Below are positions 1 through 13,584 of a stretch of 64,000 nt of DNA, piece by piece. The position numbers and the translations under genes were made by a program. Below the pieces are notes generated by a model, which saw only the letters and a program-made list of their open reading frames with translations, was not told the DNA's origin and ran no database searches. How positions within the stretch are numbered: the stretch's first letter is position 1; each line of letters opens with the position of its first letter. The DNA is from Amphiscolops sp. MND2022 (taxonomy: Eukaryota), in the NCBI GenBank assembly GCA_964187785.1, contig OZ076409.1, positions 85,996,001 to 86,060,000 of the forward strand, given 5' to 3'.

Positions 1-1915
1 TTGGTTAAAGTCTAATTATGCCGCAGCAAATCTAGCTACATAATGTGTATGCGAGGTTCGATAAATTTCGAGAACCAATGGGATCACGCCACAATATCGA
101 AGAAGAAGAGTACCACAGTGGCCAAATGGAACAAAAGCCAGGATAACTTATTTACAACCGTTAGTAAAATACCTTATCAGTGCTACGAAAAGAATCTAAC
201 CAAAATAATTCGGAGTGTCCACACAAAAAACAAACCATCAAATTGGTAAAATCAAATTGGTATCACCGTTTAAACGTAAATTAATACAAAATGAGAATTT
301 TAACTTTCCTTATTTCAAGCCAATCATAACCGAAGGAACGAAACCCCAGAGACCCCGACTCTCAGTATTTTATCCCCAAATGGTCATTCTTCGTCAAAGA
401 AATGAGAGCGGAGACGAGTAACCAACTTTTTACGCCCTTGATGGAACTGGAATCTCCGGTCGAAAGCGGTGTTGATCTCACAAAATTTGCGAGCGATTCT
501 AGCGTGAAAGAAGTTACGCCACCATCACCGCGATATTAAAATAATTAAATGGACTGTATTAGAAGATATGAACGTAATAAGTTACACGTGTCACAGTCCG
601 CTCCTGGACTGGGCTGTGGATGCACGAGAGTGGGTTTTGGCAGAGGCTGCCAAAAAGTTATTTTAACTTTTACACTCAAACTTTTACCAAATAAACTGTG
701 ACTTAGTAAGAATTTCACACCTAATTCCGAGGACTCCAGAATGAAAATGTCTACCAAAATGCACAAATCAAAATGATTTCAACCATTTCCGCCAAGACGT
801 TTGAGCTACGCCGAAAATAAGTCCATTCTACACCTGAAATCCTAATTGAAATACACATTTGTAGAAAGATCATAGCCAAATCTAAAACGAAAATTAAATC
901 AAAGATTATACAACAAAGCAATATGTTTTTCTGCGAAAGGTAGCCTAACTGCACTTTGAAAGGCAGTGATAGCAGATTAGGACGATGCTACGCCGCTAAA
1001 CAAACAAATATAGATATAGCCAGCAGCGAAAGATTACATTGTGACGTCACAGTCTAGACTAGGCGTAAAAAGAATAATTCAACCTCACGGATCGATTACG
1101 TCACGGTTTTGGCAGCTAGTTGGATTTCATTTTAGATTCTCGTCAGCACTACGTCCAGCTAGGCAAGCAGCCATGTTTGCCAACACACTTTGGTCAACAC
1201 AACGTAAAAAATTTATGGAACAGGTGTTCTGATTTAAATTAAAGTTGCAAGAACTGCCAATCTTAATGGGGAATTAATTGATAAGAGAGGCTGAAAATTA
1301 CTTCTTGTCCACATTTAGAAGTCATTCCGTAGTACATTTGGTAAGCTAAAATTTTCTGGTAGATTGCCTGCCATGTACGGTCTGGTTAAAGGTCAACTTT
1401 GCCTCAATTTTGTATTGAAATAAAGAAAATCATCTTTATACGTCTTGCTTACGTAGTGTTGTAGTGTTGCGTCATAATTCGGTTTTAACAACCTTTAAAT
1501 GGAAAGTCACAGTTTATACATGATTTGAAATGAACTTGCACTAACACTCGCTGTAATCTTTTGTCAGTGTTCTCGCATTTTAACGTCTTTTTTGTGTGGA
1601 ATGAATTTGGTCAGTATGTGCTATTTGTAATGATGTACCCAGTAATGTTCCCTGGTAAATTATGTTGAAAAAGTGCCAGTATTTGACGATTGAAAATTAT
1701 TCGAGTGTCTTCATGTATTTCTCCTGCTCTGAATATTTTATAGCGATATCTTCCTAATTGACGTCAACACGTCGCTAATCAATGTGACCAGACTTGGATT
1801 GTTTTGTAAGTTTTGATACGGTATTTCTAACCGATAAATGACACCTTTCATCTTGTTACTAGTGGTGACATGTGCTCTTGTTTCATACATGTTGAAATTA
1901 GTGTTAATGTTGAAA

Positions 1916-3673
1916 TGTTGCGTAATGAAGATAATACCTATCGCTGGGTTATTCTTGCGAGATGTCCGGCGTGCAGCATAGATAAACAGATGAACTTCCT
2001 TCACGTGATCTCAGAAAACCCGCAGATACATGAAGACTACCACCCACAAATAAACAACATGAACTCTCAAACTCCTTTATGAACGTGTATGTTTGTTTCA
2101 AATAATTGTTATGTTAGCCGATATTTCCTTTTTTTTTAAGTTAGAGATTGGGATAAAGTCAGTTTGTGAATGTTGATGTATTCGTTGTTTCTCTTCTGAT
2201 GATAATTTTGTTGTTATTGTTGATCTTAGAAAAGAGGAAAAAGTTCGTTGATTCAATAATTAAATCGAAAGGTGACAGCATTTTTAATTACCTTGATCAA
2301 TAAACCTTGTTTTATCATTCAAATCCACGAAGTGAGACTGTATTCAATGCATTTATAGTTTCTTTACAGTTTTGGGACGTTTGTTTTACAAATTTGAAGA
2401 AATTGTTTGAAAACAGCATGATTCACTTGGAAAGCAGCTTCATGAACCTATATACATTCGTGCTCGCAATTAATACTGCAATATGCGGTTTGTATAAAAC
2501 AGCTTAAGGGGTAATAACAGCATATGCCATATCATTGTCAAAACAGCATTGGCGGTATTGTTGATAAAGCAGTATTATGATTAAAACAGCATATGCGGAA
2601 ATTTCATTGAAACAGCATGTCGTTTCGTTTGGAAAACATCATAGTGAACACCAGCACGGCAAAACTATTGTGTTATACTGAACAATACGGTTTTCATGAA
2701 GCCGTATGTGCGGATTTATAACAACAAACAACATACTTTGCATATTTTTCCGCGTTAATCCGCCGCAACCAAGGCACAATTTTTAGACTTTCTAGGTATG
2801 TGATGTGATGATTCCTATTTAACTTTTGACCCTAGAAACATGACATTATGATGATTTGAATAAAATTGATGGTCTTGCTACTGAACAAAACACCCAATAA
2901 TAATATTTTAGAAGGTACCTTCAAAATCAGTCTTCCCCAACAATCATTCAACAAAAACACTTGTACAAGACAGTCACTCCAACTTTACCAAACAATCTAT
3001 TTTGTAATTTCATTTGCTGTACAACATCTTTAAATTCAATCGTTTTCAACTTCAAAGGTTTTCACATCCTACACTGTTTATATCATGAGAAACTACATAA
3101 ATAGACGCTCGAGAAGAGTGGAATCTCAGTTTTTAGACAGAGCTGAAAATCCGTCAGAAACAAGAAATATATATATTAAATTTAAGTAACGATTAGATTG
3201 CTGAACGTTGAAACGTTTCCTCTCTTAGCGTCATTTCTGATAGCCTCTGATAGCGTCATTTCGGAAATTAGTCATAATTTTGCCTAGTTGGGAAACAAAA
3301 TAAGATATTAGTTGTTCATGCCATCGTTTTCTCCGCGTCATTTTTCCCGCGAATCGAGGCAGTAAAACAGGAAAACAATTCCGGTTTGAATGGCCGAGGT
3401 ATAATCTACTTCCTGCTCGAGAGGAAGCCTTCTAGCGCTAAACCTCCGAGTTTTGAAAACAGTGTTAGAAAATTTGAATGCTTCTTTGAGAGGAGAGGTA
3501 ATATCGGAGAGGTAATACCCAGAAAAACTCCTCAAGATGTTGAAACCTAAGAGAAAAACAAGTGAAAATGAAGAGAATGAACAACCCTCAGAATGAACCT
3601 AAAAGCTTCGACACCCAACAAGATCTGTAAAAGTAAACTCTTTACTTTTAAGACACAGACGTGTGTCGTAACA
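1916..3673 (+). repeat. LTR-like direct repeat, copy 1 (diverged)
   Basis: About 1950-3160 aligns to about 13945-15105, and about 3190-3673 aligns to about 15670-16051. Begins TGTTGCG and ends CGTAACA (near-inverted termini). Confidence 0.65.
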
Positions 3674-3709
3674 CCAAGTTTTAATTTTTTTGCCCTCCTT
3701 TATGTACTT

Positions 3710-5316
3710 CTTCTCGAGCATCCTGAACCATCAGACCTCGTCATTCAGATTGCCCAAGCAATCAATTACTGTGCAAGGAAAAACCCAGAACCTTCAATCT
3801 TTCACCCGAAAAATACGCTCACTTTCTTCAACAGTAAACTAGAGAAAATTGAGAAACTCGAATATTTCGAAGAACTTTTTCTCACAAAACTTAAAATGCA
3901 GCCACACCCCACTGAAGAGATGAATATCAAACATTTTCACGCCCATCTCACAGGAGAAGCGTTGAAAACGTTCAAGAATATGCAGAGAACACCCACAACA
4001 ACACTTGAAGACATCTTAGTAGCCTTCCGCAGAAAGTATGTTAAGCCTGAATCAGGTAGTAAAACATAGATTCAACAGGCTTTTGTTCCAACCTGAAAAT
4101 CAAAAACTACCCGACTTTCTCGAAGACCTCCAAGAAAGCGTTGAGAAGGCACCAGCACCAAAGATGATTGAAAGTCTGAAATATGCAAACCTGCATCCCC
4201 ATATAAAGAAATCAATCAACCAAGCCTACATCGAAAACGGTACATTTGAACAAATTGTACGACGGAGATGGCCGTCGTCGAACAGCAATCTAGCTCGCAA
4301 AACACTATACCTTTGTCGCAAAACACAGAAGCCAAGCCCAAAACTCCAAACACAGTCCCCAACAACACGTTACAAAAAAATCAATGTCCGATATTGCAAG
4401 GAAGAGTGTCCAAAACCTGCAAAATAACAAACAAGACGGGAACGTCTAAAATCGGCGCTACATCTAAAGCTCAAAAAAGCGCTAAGTTTTTAAACTTGTA
4501 AAAGGGGGGACCCTTTCAGCTTTTTGAAATTCCAGTCTGTTGAAAAAAATTGAAGGAGACAATGAAAAACTTCGGAAATTTTTTTTGAAAAAACTTTCGA
4601 AAAAACGAAAAATGAGAATTTTGAAACAGTCTCACAGTGCCAAAAATTAGAGAGGGGGGACCTTTTGGGCTTTTTGAAACTTCAGTTTGCTGCAAAATAT
4701 CAAAAAATTTGAAGGGCGGACCGTTTGGCGACAAAAGAAAAATTTGAAAAGTTTTTGAAAAAAATTCATAAAAACGAAAAATGAGACTTTTGAAAGTCTC
4801 ACAGTACCGAAAAACCAGAAAGGGGGGACCCTTTGGGCTTTTTGAAACTTTAGTTTGCTGCAAAATATCAAAAAACTTGAAGGGTTTGGCGACAAAAGAA
4901 AATTCGAAAAAAGTAGCACAGTGCCGAAAAAAATTCAAAGGGGGGACCCTGTAGTCCCGTCCGGTTTTTTATCTTACTTTAAAAATTGAGTACACGAAAG
5001 GGGGACCCTTTGCAGTAACTCAGATGTGATTCCGCTTGCCGGTTCAGTACTTTTAGTAGTTCTGTAAAAAGTGTCCACTACGCATACATTCTCTGGTCTG
5101 ACGAAAAAAAAAGAAAAAAAAACTTGCGACTGTAATAGTCGGGCTCATTTTGATAAAATGCGCCGACTAAAATTGAATGAAGACCCCGATGCCCCAAGAT
5201 GCTCTCACTGCAAAATCCCAGGTCACGAAGAACCCAATCGCTACTTTGGAGCAAACATGGCAAATTTTTCAACCAAAAGGAGTCTTACCAAAACCCAACA
5301 AAAAATTCAAACCTAA
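3710..5316 (+). pseudogene. gag: Gypsy gag remnant, interrupted by a HINE-like insertion
   Basis: KLEYFEELFLTKLKMQP...TLEDILVAFRRKYVKPES and KHRFNRLLFQPENQKLPDFLEDL align to the intact gag. Knuckle-like CSHCKIPGH resumes after the insertion. Confidence 0.85.
4430..5172 (+). mobile_element. Non-autonomous Helentron/HINE (DINE-1-like) element with internal tandem repeats
   Basis: Starts AACAAGACGGGAACGTC..TCGGCGC and ends AGTCGGGC..GCGCCGACTAAAA (subterminal inverted repeat plus 3' hairpin). Internal GGGGGACCC-anchored repeats near 4504, 4655, 4822 and 4939. An inverted relative lies at 12020-12513. Confidence 0.6.
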
Positions 5317-5819
5317 ACTTAAACATTGAAGAGTTTAAAAATCCAACAAATCGATTAACCCAAGAAACACAAATTAATCGACATTGAAGGATTTATACTA
5401 ATAAGGCCACACCTTAAACCAAACTTGCCACAAAAACAAAACTCAGTAGATGATTTGCAGCATCCACTGAGTATAAAACATACAAAAACTACAACACTGG
5501 AAAACGACTCAATGACTACAAAGTCACAACCTCCAACACCCGACACTCATTCTGCGGATCTGTATTAACTAGATTGCCCCAGATAACTATGTACAAGGCA
5601 AATCGTTTGAAGCTAAAATCGAACAAGAAATACCAAACCAACACCCCATCACTTCACAACATAAAGAAACACAAACTAAACACCCGAACCAGCAATCTAC
5701 ATCAACAATCCAAACCGACAATGAAACTACGTCGGAAGTATTAGAAGCTCTCTTCTGTGCATCATCTGGAAAACAAACTCTTCTTGACAATGATGTTTCC
5801 AATCATCTGACGAGCAGAT

Positions 5820-6490
5820 GGAGAAAAACATAATGCAATCCTATCTTAAACATAAAGCTTAGTTCGATAGAAAAGCAAAAGCAGCACCCCTAACAACAGA
5901 GGACTATTGCTTTATCTTGAACCCCGAAGCGGACACTCAAGCAACAAAGATACCCGTTCATGAATTTCGTTGGGTTGGACCATATAAAATTGGAAAGTTC
6001 TTACTGAACAAAAATTTATTGTTCGTAGGGTTGAGACAAACAAAACCCAACTCCTTCATCGTATTAGATTACAGAATTACATCCCTCAAGCGGACAACTT
6101 CGTCGAGAGTCTGAGTGGCAAAAAGAAGACACAGTCAATTCTCAAGATGATCTATCTGCCCACACGTCGACACGAATTCCGGATCTAGTCCATTTTATGT
6201 TGAACTGGAGAACTATGATCAACAAGAGGACAGTTGAATATGAACCTACTTCTCAACCCGAATAAACCCGCCCATGATAACTTCAAAAACAGTGGGGGAT
6301 CGCAGCAAAACAACGCGCTGTGAACAAAGAAGAACCACAAGTAACCGAAGAATAATTCCCTCAAAAAACTCCTGGGAACAACCCAGAAATTGATGCACAA
6401 GAAACAGAAGAAATTGATAATACGACAAGTGAAAAGTACAATTTTCGCGCGAACTCTAATTCCAACTACTCAGACTCATACAGATATTAA
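5820..6490 (+). pseudogene. pol: Gypsy pol remnant (integrase C-terminus only)
   Basis: MQSYLKHK..DRKAKAAPLTTEDYCFILNPEADTQATKIP..RWVGPY and the terminal KYNFRANSNSNYSDSYRY* match the intact pol (DRKAKAAPLKENDYCF; KYNLRPNPNPNYPEDFRY*). PR, RT, RH and the IN core are missing. Confidence 0.85.
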
Positions 6491-6639
6491 AATGACAAAT
6501 CAAGGGACTCAAAGACTTCAAACAAACACAACAGTCTCATCCGTTTCTTTTGTTCCTATTTCTTTTATCTTTACGTTTTCTACTTCCAACCGCAGTCGGA
6601 AGCCTAGTTTTTTTCCGAATTTGGAGTGAATACACCAAA

Positions 6640-9600
6640 TCAGACGTAAATAGTTCGATAGGGAAGCAGTAAATGAAATACTAATAAACGGCAACAGAAA
6701 TAAATGTTACAATACAAAGTAACAAAGAAGTCAACAATGTTGAAAGAAATACGGTAAGAGGGACTATTTGCTCCCAGAATTCTTCTTTCTAACGACAAGT
6801 TTCTTCGACACTCCAGAATTAGCAGCAGCAAGAAAGGAACATCGAAAAAACTCGAGGGACAGATAATGTATGAGATGACAGAACAGGACAAGCGGTTTTG
6901 GGAGTACCGTTTGAGGCAGTCAAATCAGACTTAGTCGGAAAAATGTAACTTCGACAAACTTTCCGCTCGAGGATGATTGTTGAAACTCATAAGACTTTGG
7001 ACTGGCATGGACAGAAGCCCACAACTTCTCTTCCTCAGAAACAGCGCAGATATAGCGGGACTCTAATATGTCCAGGAATCGTTGGCGTTGAGATGAAATG
7101 AAGTGAGAACGTCCCAAAAGGAAAATATGAAGCATCCTTCAATAGAGCCCTCCCCCTTCCAAGTAATGTAAAAATGGAAAATAGAGTTCGAGAGTTTGAA
7201 AACAACATAGACAGGGTAGGGATCCAAGACAGGGAAGAGTGAATGCACCTAACAGAAGACTTGAGCTCACCATGACCAGAAGCCAGACCGGGTAAATCAA
7301 TAGTAAAAATGGGAGAAACTGTGAGGCGGTTGGAAACACTGAGCCAGCCCAGTTTGAAAACAGCCAACAAATTTTTTCGCAATGCATCGGATGATATTCG
7401 GAGAAGAAATACACCTGATCACCATTATACTCATCGTTGTTGGACCGAAACTGGGCAACGAAGGAACTATAATCGCTAATTACAAGTGAACTGACAGTAC
7501 TGCTGATCCTCTTGCCCCACACGAAGAATTCTCAGAGCATCTTGGACATACGAGAAAATTCCTCTTCTTCTCCATGACACACCACTGCTTCATCAAATAT
7601 GGAGAAACCACAATTTAGTTTGGAACTACATAACTTATGCTTGAGAAGAATGATGCAGATGTTCTTGAAGAAACAAAGAGGTTGTTCAAGAAAATGCGTG
7701 GGAGTAAGTAACTCACTCTCAGCTACAAGATTTGCGAAGTTTCAATTTCGTAGGAAAACAGCTAATGTTTCCAGAAGAAGTTTCTGCGATGAAACGTCGA
7801 TAGACAGAAGTAAATCCCAATCAGAGGTGTCTCCGAGATTGAATCGGGGAGGATGACCTGTAGTTGATTGTACACCGAAGTAGTGAAAGCACTGAAGACA
7901 CGAAATCTTCCTAGACTAGGTCGAACCACATCCTCGAATGCAGAATTGTCTAATTATCAAGAGAATCAAGAATGTTGGTTTGGACCTATTAAACGAAAAA
8001 CTTAAAAAACTCACACTGCAGAAGAACATTCCGGATCAAGAACAATTTAGCAGGATATGACTTGTCCTTGTAACTAGTTTCATCGAGACCTTTGAGCTAA
8101 ACATAAAAGAAAGACTGGTGAAATGAACAAGTGGGAGGACAGAAGAGAAAGGGAGAAAAACAAACTTACCTCTTTCATGTTGTATTTGAAAGCTTTGACC
8201 GCGTCGACATAGCAAAGGTTAGACACAACATTTGTGCAGTTCATGGACAACTGTCCGAGGATTACAGCAGTTTCCTCATGGCTGTACTCCAAATTGAATA
8301 TAGCCTGTAACAAATTAGCCGATAAGACATCATTTTGCTACCTTCTAAAACGTATTGAAATCCAACTTATGATGTTTAATTCTAATTTCCGAACACAGTC
8401 TATGACGATATGCAGAATACAGCATAATTTTTGCAGTTGATGAGGAAATCGGAGGAAAACAGTATGATGCAAGAAATCCTATGCGGAAATGCAAAAAACT
8501 TAATGATACTTGTATGCAGTGTGAGGCAACACAGACAACGCATGCGAATGAGATATCACTGTGCTGTTTTAGAAGAAAAACAGCTTAGTGGAATGATTTG
8601 TTTGCTGTTCTAGAAAAACGGCTAAGTGGAATGATTTTATGCTATTTCAGGAGAAAACAGCATAGTGGAATGATTTTATGCTGTTTCAAAAACAAAGAGC
8701 ATAGTGGAGTGATTTTGTGCTGTTTTAGAAGAAAAACAGCATAGTTGAATGAATATATACTGTTTTAGAAGAAAAACAGAATAGTGGAAAAAATTTGAGC
8801 TGTATTAGAAGAGAATTAGCATAATGGAATGGTTGTATGCGGTATTCGACAGAAAATAGCATATTGAACGGACTTATGCAATTTCAGAAGAAAACAGAAA
8901 TTGTAGGGGTTACAGCATGACGTAAAGCACGACAATATCGCCGAATTCGACAACGAGTTATGCTGTGCATTGCGCTTTTCCAATCACAGCGTAAAAACAA
9001 ATTTGACACTTTTGCTTTGTCTACTTAGATCTGCGAAGACTATCTAATGATGAAAAAGAAGACAAATTAACGATGTGCAACTATTGGAATCTTACTTTCC
9101 GCAAATCAGGAATATTGTTGACCCACGTCAGATCCAAATCAGTGCGCTTCATTTAAAATAGTAATACTGTGAAGCTCGTAAAACTAAGAAAATTTCGACA
9201 GTGTGTCCTGCAAGAACTTTGTACAAATTCTCGCGAGTGAAGTGGGGACGACACAAGGTGGAGGCACCTCATTCAGCTCTGTAACCAAACCTTTGACAGT
9301 ACGCCCGTCAAATTCGATCAAATATTGGATGACAGGAGGGTTTTTGGGAAATCCAAAAAGCAACTGATGACCTCAAGGACTTCCTTCGCTTCCAAGAGAC
9401 TGGGGGAGACTTCAGCGATGTGAAGGCAATTGTAAACATTTCCAAACCAGAAAACAAGAACAAGTTTTGCTGAACTGGATGTAGAATAAAGCTGTAGAAA
9501 ACAATGCCCTGATTGGCTAATAGACTGTGTTGAGTATTGCAAAAAATTGCGGATCATATAGGCCAGTATACCGTCGTAAAACAAAATGTAGGAGTTAATA

Positions 9601-10800
9601 ACAAGTTACCAATTATGAAAACATGCAACGTGAAGTATACTTACAAAGACACGTTCAGGCTTCCAATTGAACTGTGTATTCGTATCGGACCGCGAACCGC
9701 CAATCCAAGACTGTTCCAGAGAGAACACAAACTATCCAAACGTCCACAATGATGCAATCCAGTCTGTAGGACTCGAATCTGGGAACAAACAACAAAAGAT
9801 GTGTGCAACACGTCCGTGTAAACAGACAATTCTCGTTGTCCTGGCAGCAAAAAACACTCCGCTAAAACTGGGGCAATCGGAAACTCTAGTTCGGTTTTCT
9901 CCCGAGCCTCATTAAGAGCAAGTCCAAGTAGTTCTTGTTCGTTCGTTCCTTACAGATGTACCCCTGGCGTCTCCATTCTGATACTGTGTTCTCTCACTAA
10001 GTGAGCTTCTTTCAAGTCTCCTTTTGTCTTGAAAGACCGTTCTTGTTGGCAGACCCTGTATCGCCATTTGCGAGGAGCAGTGACGAACAACTTTAAAACT
10101 CAATGTTCCTGGAACATCTGCACGTTTAAGTGCAAACGAGTTCGTGGTCGCTTGGAAGTACCAGGATGGCTAGCAGTAGTGAACTCTCCCGAATTTGACC
10201 ACGTTGTTTGATCCTGCTTGTTGAGGTACTCCGCATCCCTACAGGATGTCCAGAGGTGTCCAGAGGCAACAAGTGTTGGATTTTGGGGCTCGGTAGGTCT
10301 GAGTAATTCGAAAGAAGCGGATTCGGTGGGGTTTGCGTTGGAAGTAGAAGTCCGGTCCAGAAATTGTGCGCCAATGGAACCAGTCGCTTCAGAAACTGAT
10401 ACCTGAAGTCGACGTCCCAGGGCCTCCAAATGAGAAGTGGTCACGTATCGTGAAGGCAGCATCGGACAGACTTGGAGTTGTTCAGGGGCCTAATTGGAGC
10501 TAGTTTGTTTCTGAGCAACAAGGACAGGTCATTTTGAGCAATTGAGGAGCATCGAGAAAAAGGAGAGGTTAAGTCTCTCCATAACGGGAACGTCCAAGGT
10601 GACGTTCTTGGACAAATCTGCGGCTTCATTTCCTTTAGTAGCGGTAACAGAAAATTCACCTCCCTCTCCTCTCCTAGCTTCTCCATTGATGTCAACATTG
10701 GTGGCCTCCTGTGATTTTCGAAAAGCTGTCATTCCAAAAGGGGGAGAAACAGAGAGTCCAAATGAAGTGGTAGCGCTCTCGAAGAAAAACCTGATACCAT
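6640..10800 (-). pseudogene. Decayed homolog of the antisense BED-finger gene
   Basis: About 10100-9970 reads RVCQQERSFKTKG..EAHLVREH (intact: HICKKNISVKTKG..EKHLRRDQ). FNWKPERVF|gtaagt near 9644 matches FDWGEERIS|gtaag. The 9318-9584 ORF aligns to the 50274-50756 ORF. VISDYSSF matches IIGDYVTSF. Confidence 0.7.
8560..8900. repeat. ~39-40 bp hairpin-unit minisatellite (about 8-9 copies)
   Basis: Consensus about AAAAACAGCATAGTGGAATGATTTTATGCTGTTTTAGAAG. AAAACAGCATA and TATGCTGTTTT are complementary within each unit. Confidence 0.8.
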
Positions 10801-12019
10801 CAAATCAACTCGTCCAGAATCTACGTGGTCATCATCAAGTTGTTCCTGCGTAGACCAATACCGAGGCTTGGCAAACGCCTCCAAAGAAGCCAAGCGTCTA
10901 ATTGGGAAGAGTGTTTGACAGAAACGTGGAGATCAAGAGGAACTGAAACACAAATGAAATTGAAAACACTGGAAACTGAAGTCGACCAGGAAGTGAAGTT
11001 GCCTGTTCAAATTGATGAGAACTTGTTCATTTCTCACCTTGAAAATACTAGAGTACTCGGAAATGTTTGTCCTTCAATCGGAACTGGAAATCCGAAAAAA
11101 TTTCTGTGAAAAAATGGTGGAAAGCGAAAATTGTTCAACCAGAACGAGAAACCCGAAAATGGATCTGCGAAAGATTGGTGAGAAAAAATTAATTCATCAC
11201 TTTCAATAGGAGAGCCGTATAGAAACCTGTAAAACGTTGATGTTAAAATCAATCCTGACGCGATTTCCCATTAGGAAATGGTTTAAAACCTTCGAAATTA
11301 CAAACCTTGTTTTAGTGACTCCGATTCCTCGCTTTGTCGGACATCTTTCTCGATTGGATGAAGTGGGTAAGGCAAAAGTGAAACGGAAGACGAAATAAAT
11401 GAGCAAACGACGCAAGAAAATGGCGTTGTCGCAAGAGACAATGGGATGACAGAAACAGGTTACAATGACAACAGATGTAAGTCGAGATTAAATGTGGTGA
11501 AACAAACTGGAGGAGACGAGGAAGATTGCTAGAAATAGCGGATAACAACCCTCTGAATAAATAAACAAGTTGGGAACGGCCCAAGTCGGCGCCATATGTA
11601 AGGCTCAAAGAAACTTTGAAGACTTTTGAAACTATGAGATTAGTGGTTGAATAACAAAGATAAGAAGAAGAATGCAATAACGCAGGCCTGGCAATTTGAG
11701 TAAATGCACCAAAGCAATAATTGCTAGCGTCAACTTAGTGGCGTTTGTGATCAGTCTCGAGAGAATGCACAAAGTTTGGAATCATCTGCTAGTATGACTA
11801 AATTGTATGCGCGCATCTCGCGTATACGGTAAAATAGACAAACTGTAAAACGCAATATAACCAACACAAAATGCCGAAATATACAGAAAACAGCATAATT
11901 ATCATATTTATGTTCTGCGGAAATTATCTCAGAACAGCTTAACAGTCCAGCACTGTATCTTAAGAAAGTTCTTAAATAACACAATTATGTTATGAAGAGT
12001 TGAATGAAAAACAGCTGAG

Positions 12020-12513
12020 TTTTTAGTCGGCGCTTTTATTAATAAAAGAGCCCGACTATTACAGTCACTCGTTTTTTTTCTTTTTTTTTAAGACAGACTC
12101 GAAACGACGAACGTTAAAATTAACGTTCAAAATTTTCAACTAAAGGAAACTAAACGAATACCCCGGAAACGCATTCTAAAGGGTCCCCCCTTTCGTTTTT
12201 TACTTTTTAAACGTTACCTACAAACTTGGACGGGACTAAAGGGTCCCCCCTTTCGATTTTTTTTTCGGCACTGTGCGACTTTTTTCGAATTTTTTTTGTC
12301 TCCAAAGGGTCCCCCCTTTCGTTTTTACTTTTTAAACGTAAGCTACAAAACCGGCCGAGGCTAAAGGGTCCCCCCTTTTGATTTTTTTCGGCACTGTGCG
12401 ACATTTTTCGAAAGAAAAAAATTTTCAAAAATTTCAAGTTTTTTTCCAAAAAAATGTTTTGCGCTTTTTGAGCCTTAGATATAGCGCCGACTTCAGACGT
12501 TCCCGTCTTGTTT
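12020..12513 (-). mobile_element. HINE-like element, inverted relative of 4430-5172
   Basis: TTTTAGTCGGCGC..GAGCCCGACTATTACAG at the left and GCGCCGAC..GACGTTCCCGTCTTGTT at the right. Internal CTAAAGGGTCCCCCC repeats. Confidence 0.65.
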
Positions 12514-13584
12514 AGTGTTGCTGTTGGGTGAAGTTTTTATCCGGTGTGATGTTTTCAGTGAACAGCGTATGATGTAAATCACTACTAAAACTGCTGACTG
12601 GCTATTGTACATTGAGCATTACATGAAAGAAAAACCATATGGTGAAAGTGATGAGTAAAACAACGGAGTGTGATAACCCCCTCTTTGTAAACCTGAATGA
12701 ACCCGTGAAATAATTGATTATGAGCAATTAAAATTTGTTTGATGAATCAAGAAGAAGACAGATATCAAAGCACAAAGAGTTTAAAGAGAAAGTCATGAAT
12801 CCGATGTTTCTTTATTTTGAATTAATTTTTCTAGCGGTGCTTCATCCATCAGATCCTACGATGAGTTACCCTTGATAACGGAAAAAACGAGTATTTTAAG
12901 ATATGTTTTGATGCAATTCATAAGAAATCATCATAACTTTGTAAAAACAAAGAGAATATCATCATTCGCTCCGAAAATCTGTCAAAAACATTTGTCTGCT
13001 TTTTCCTCACATCTTTTTGTAAACTTGATAACAAATTTATGTTGATTTTTCTTCTATAATCTGCTTAAAAATCAATGAAAGACAACGGCCGAAAATGGAA
13101 ACATACCCCGGAACGCACCTGTCAGTGGGAATGAACCAATGACGATGAGTCTTGTCATGGATTCACTTACCATCTCCAGCAGCCCCTAACCGAGATGCCA
13201 ACACCCCTTATGAGAGCTAAAGGAGCAGTGTTATTTTCAATGTGAGGCAGGAACTGATGGGGAGCACAACATTGACACTAGAGGTTCAATCATCGAAAAT
13301 GACTTGATGGACCTTACGGAAAACATTTCCAACATCTCGTCTCTGACCTTCATCGTATCATCCAATGAAGACGCCGATCCGATCTGGTGCATATTTCGCG
13401 AACGTAGATCAAGCTGATAGGAACAGCTACGGAAGTCCTGTCTAAAGTGTGCCCCCTGTCATTAGGACGCACCCAATGACAAGGACAGCTAAGAATCCCC
13501 CTATTATTCCTAGTAATAGGAGCGTTTTCGCCTTGGTAATCCTTGATCAACAAAGAATACTAGAAATAGCCCGAAACCCCAGTC

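Noticed and set aside
1..540. Two short overlapping ORFs at the window start
   Set aside because: No recognisable domain or splice structure.
4516..4938. Phe/Lys-rich repetitive ORFs (also 12207-12449)
   Set aside because: By-products of tandem repeats in the HINE-like elements.
8560..8900. CRISPR-like array of hairpin repeats
   Set aside because: Units are contiguous with a conserved loop and no unique spacers. There are no cas genes and the context is eukaryotic.
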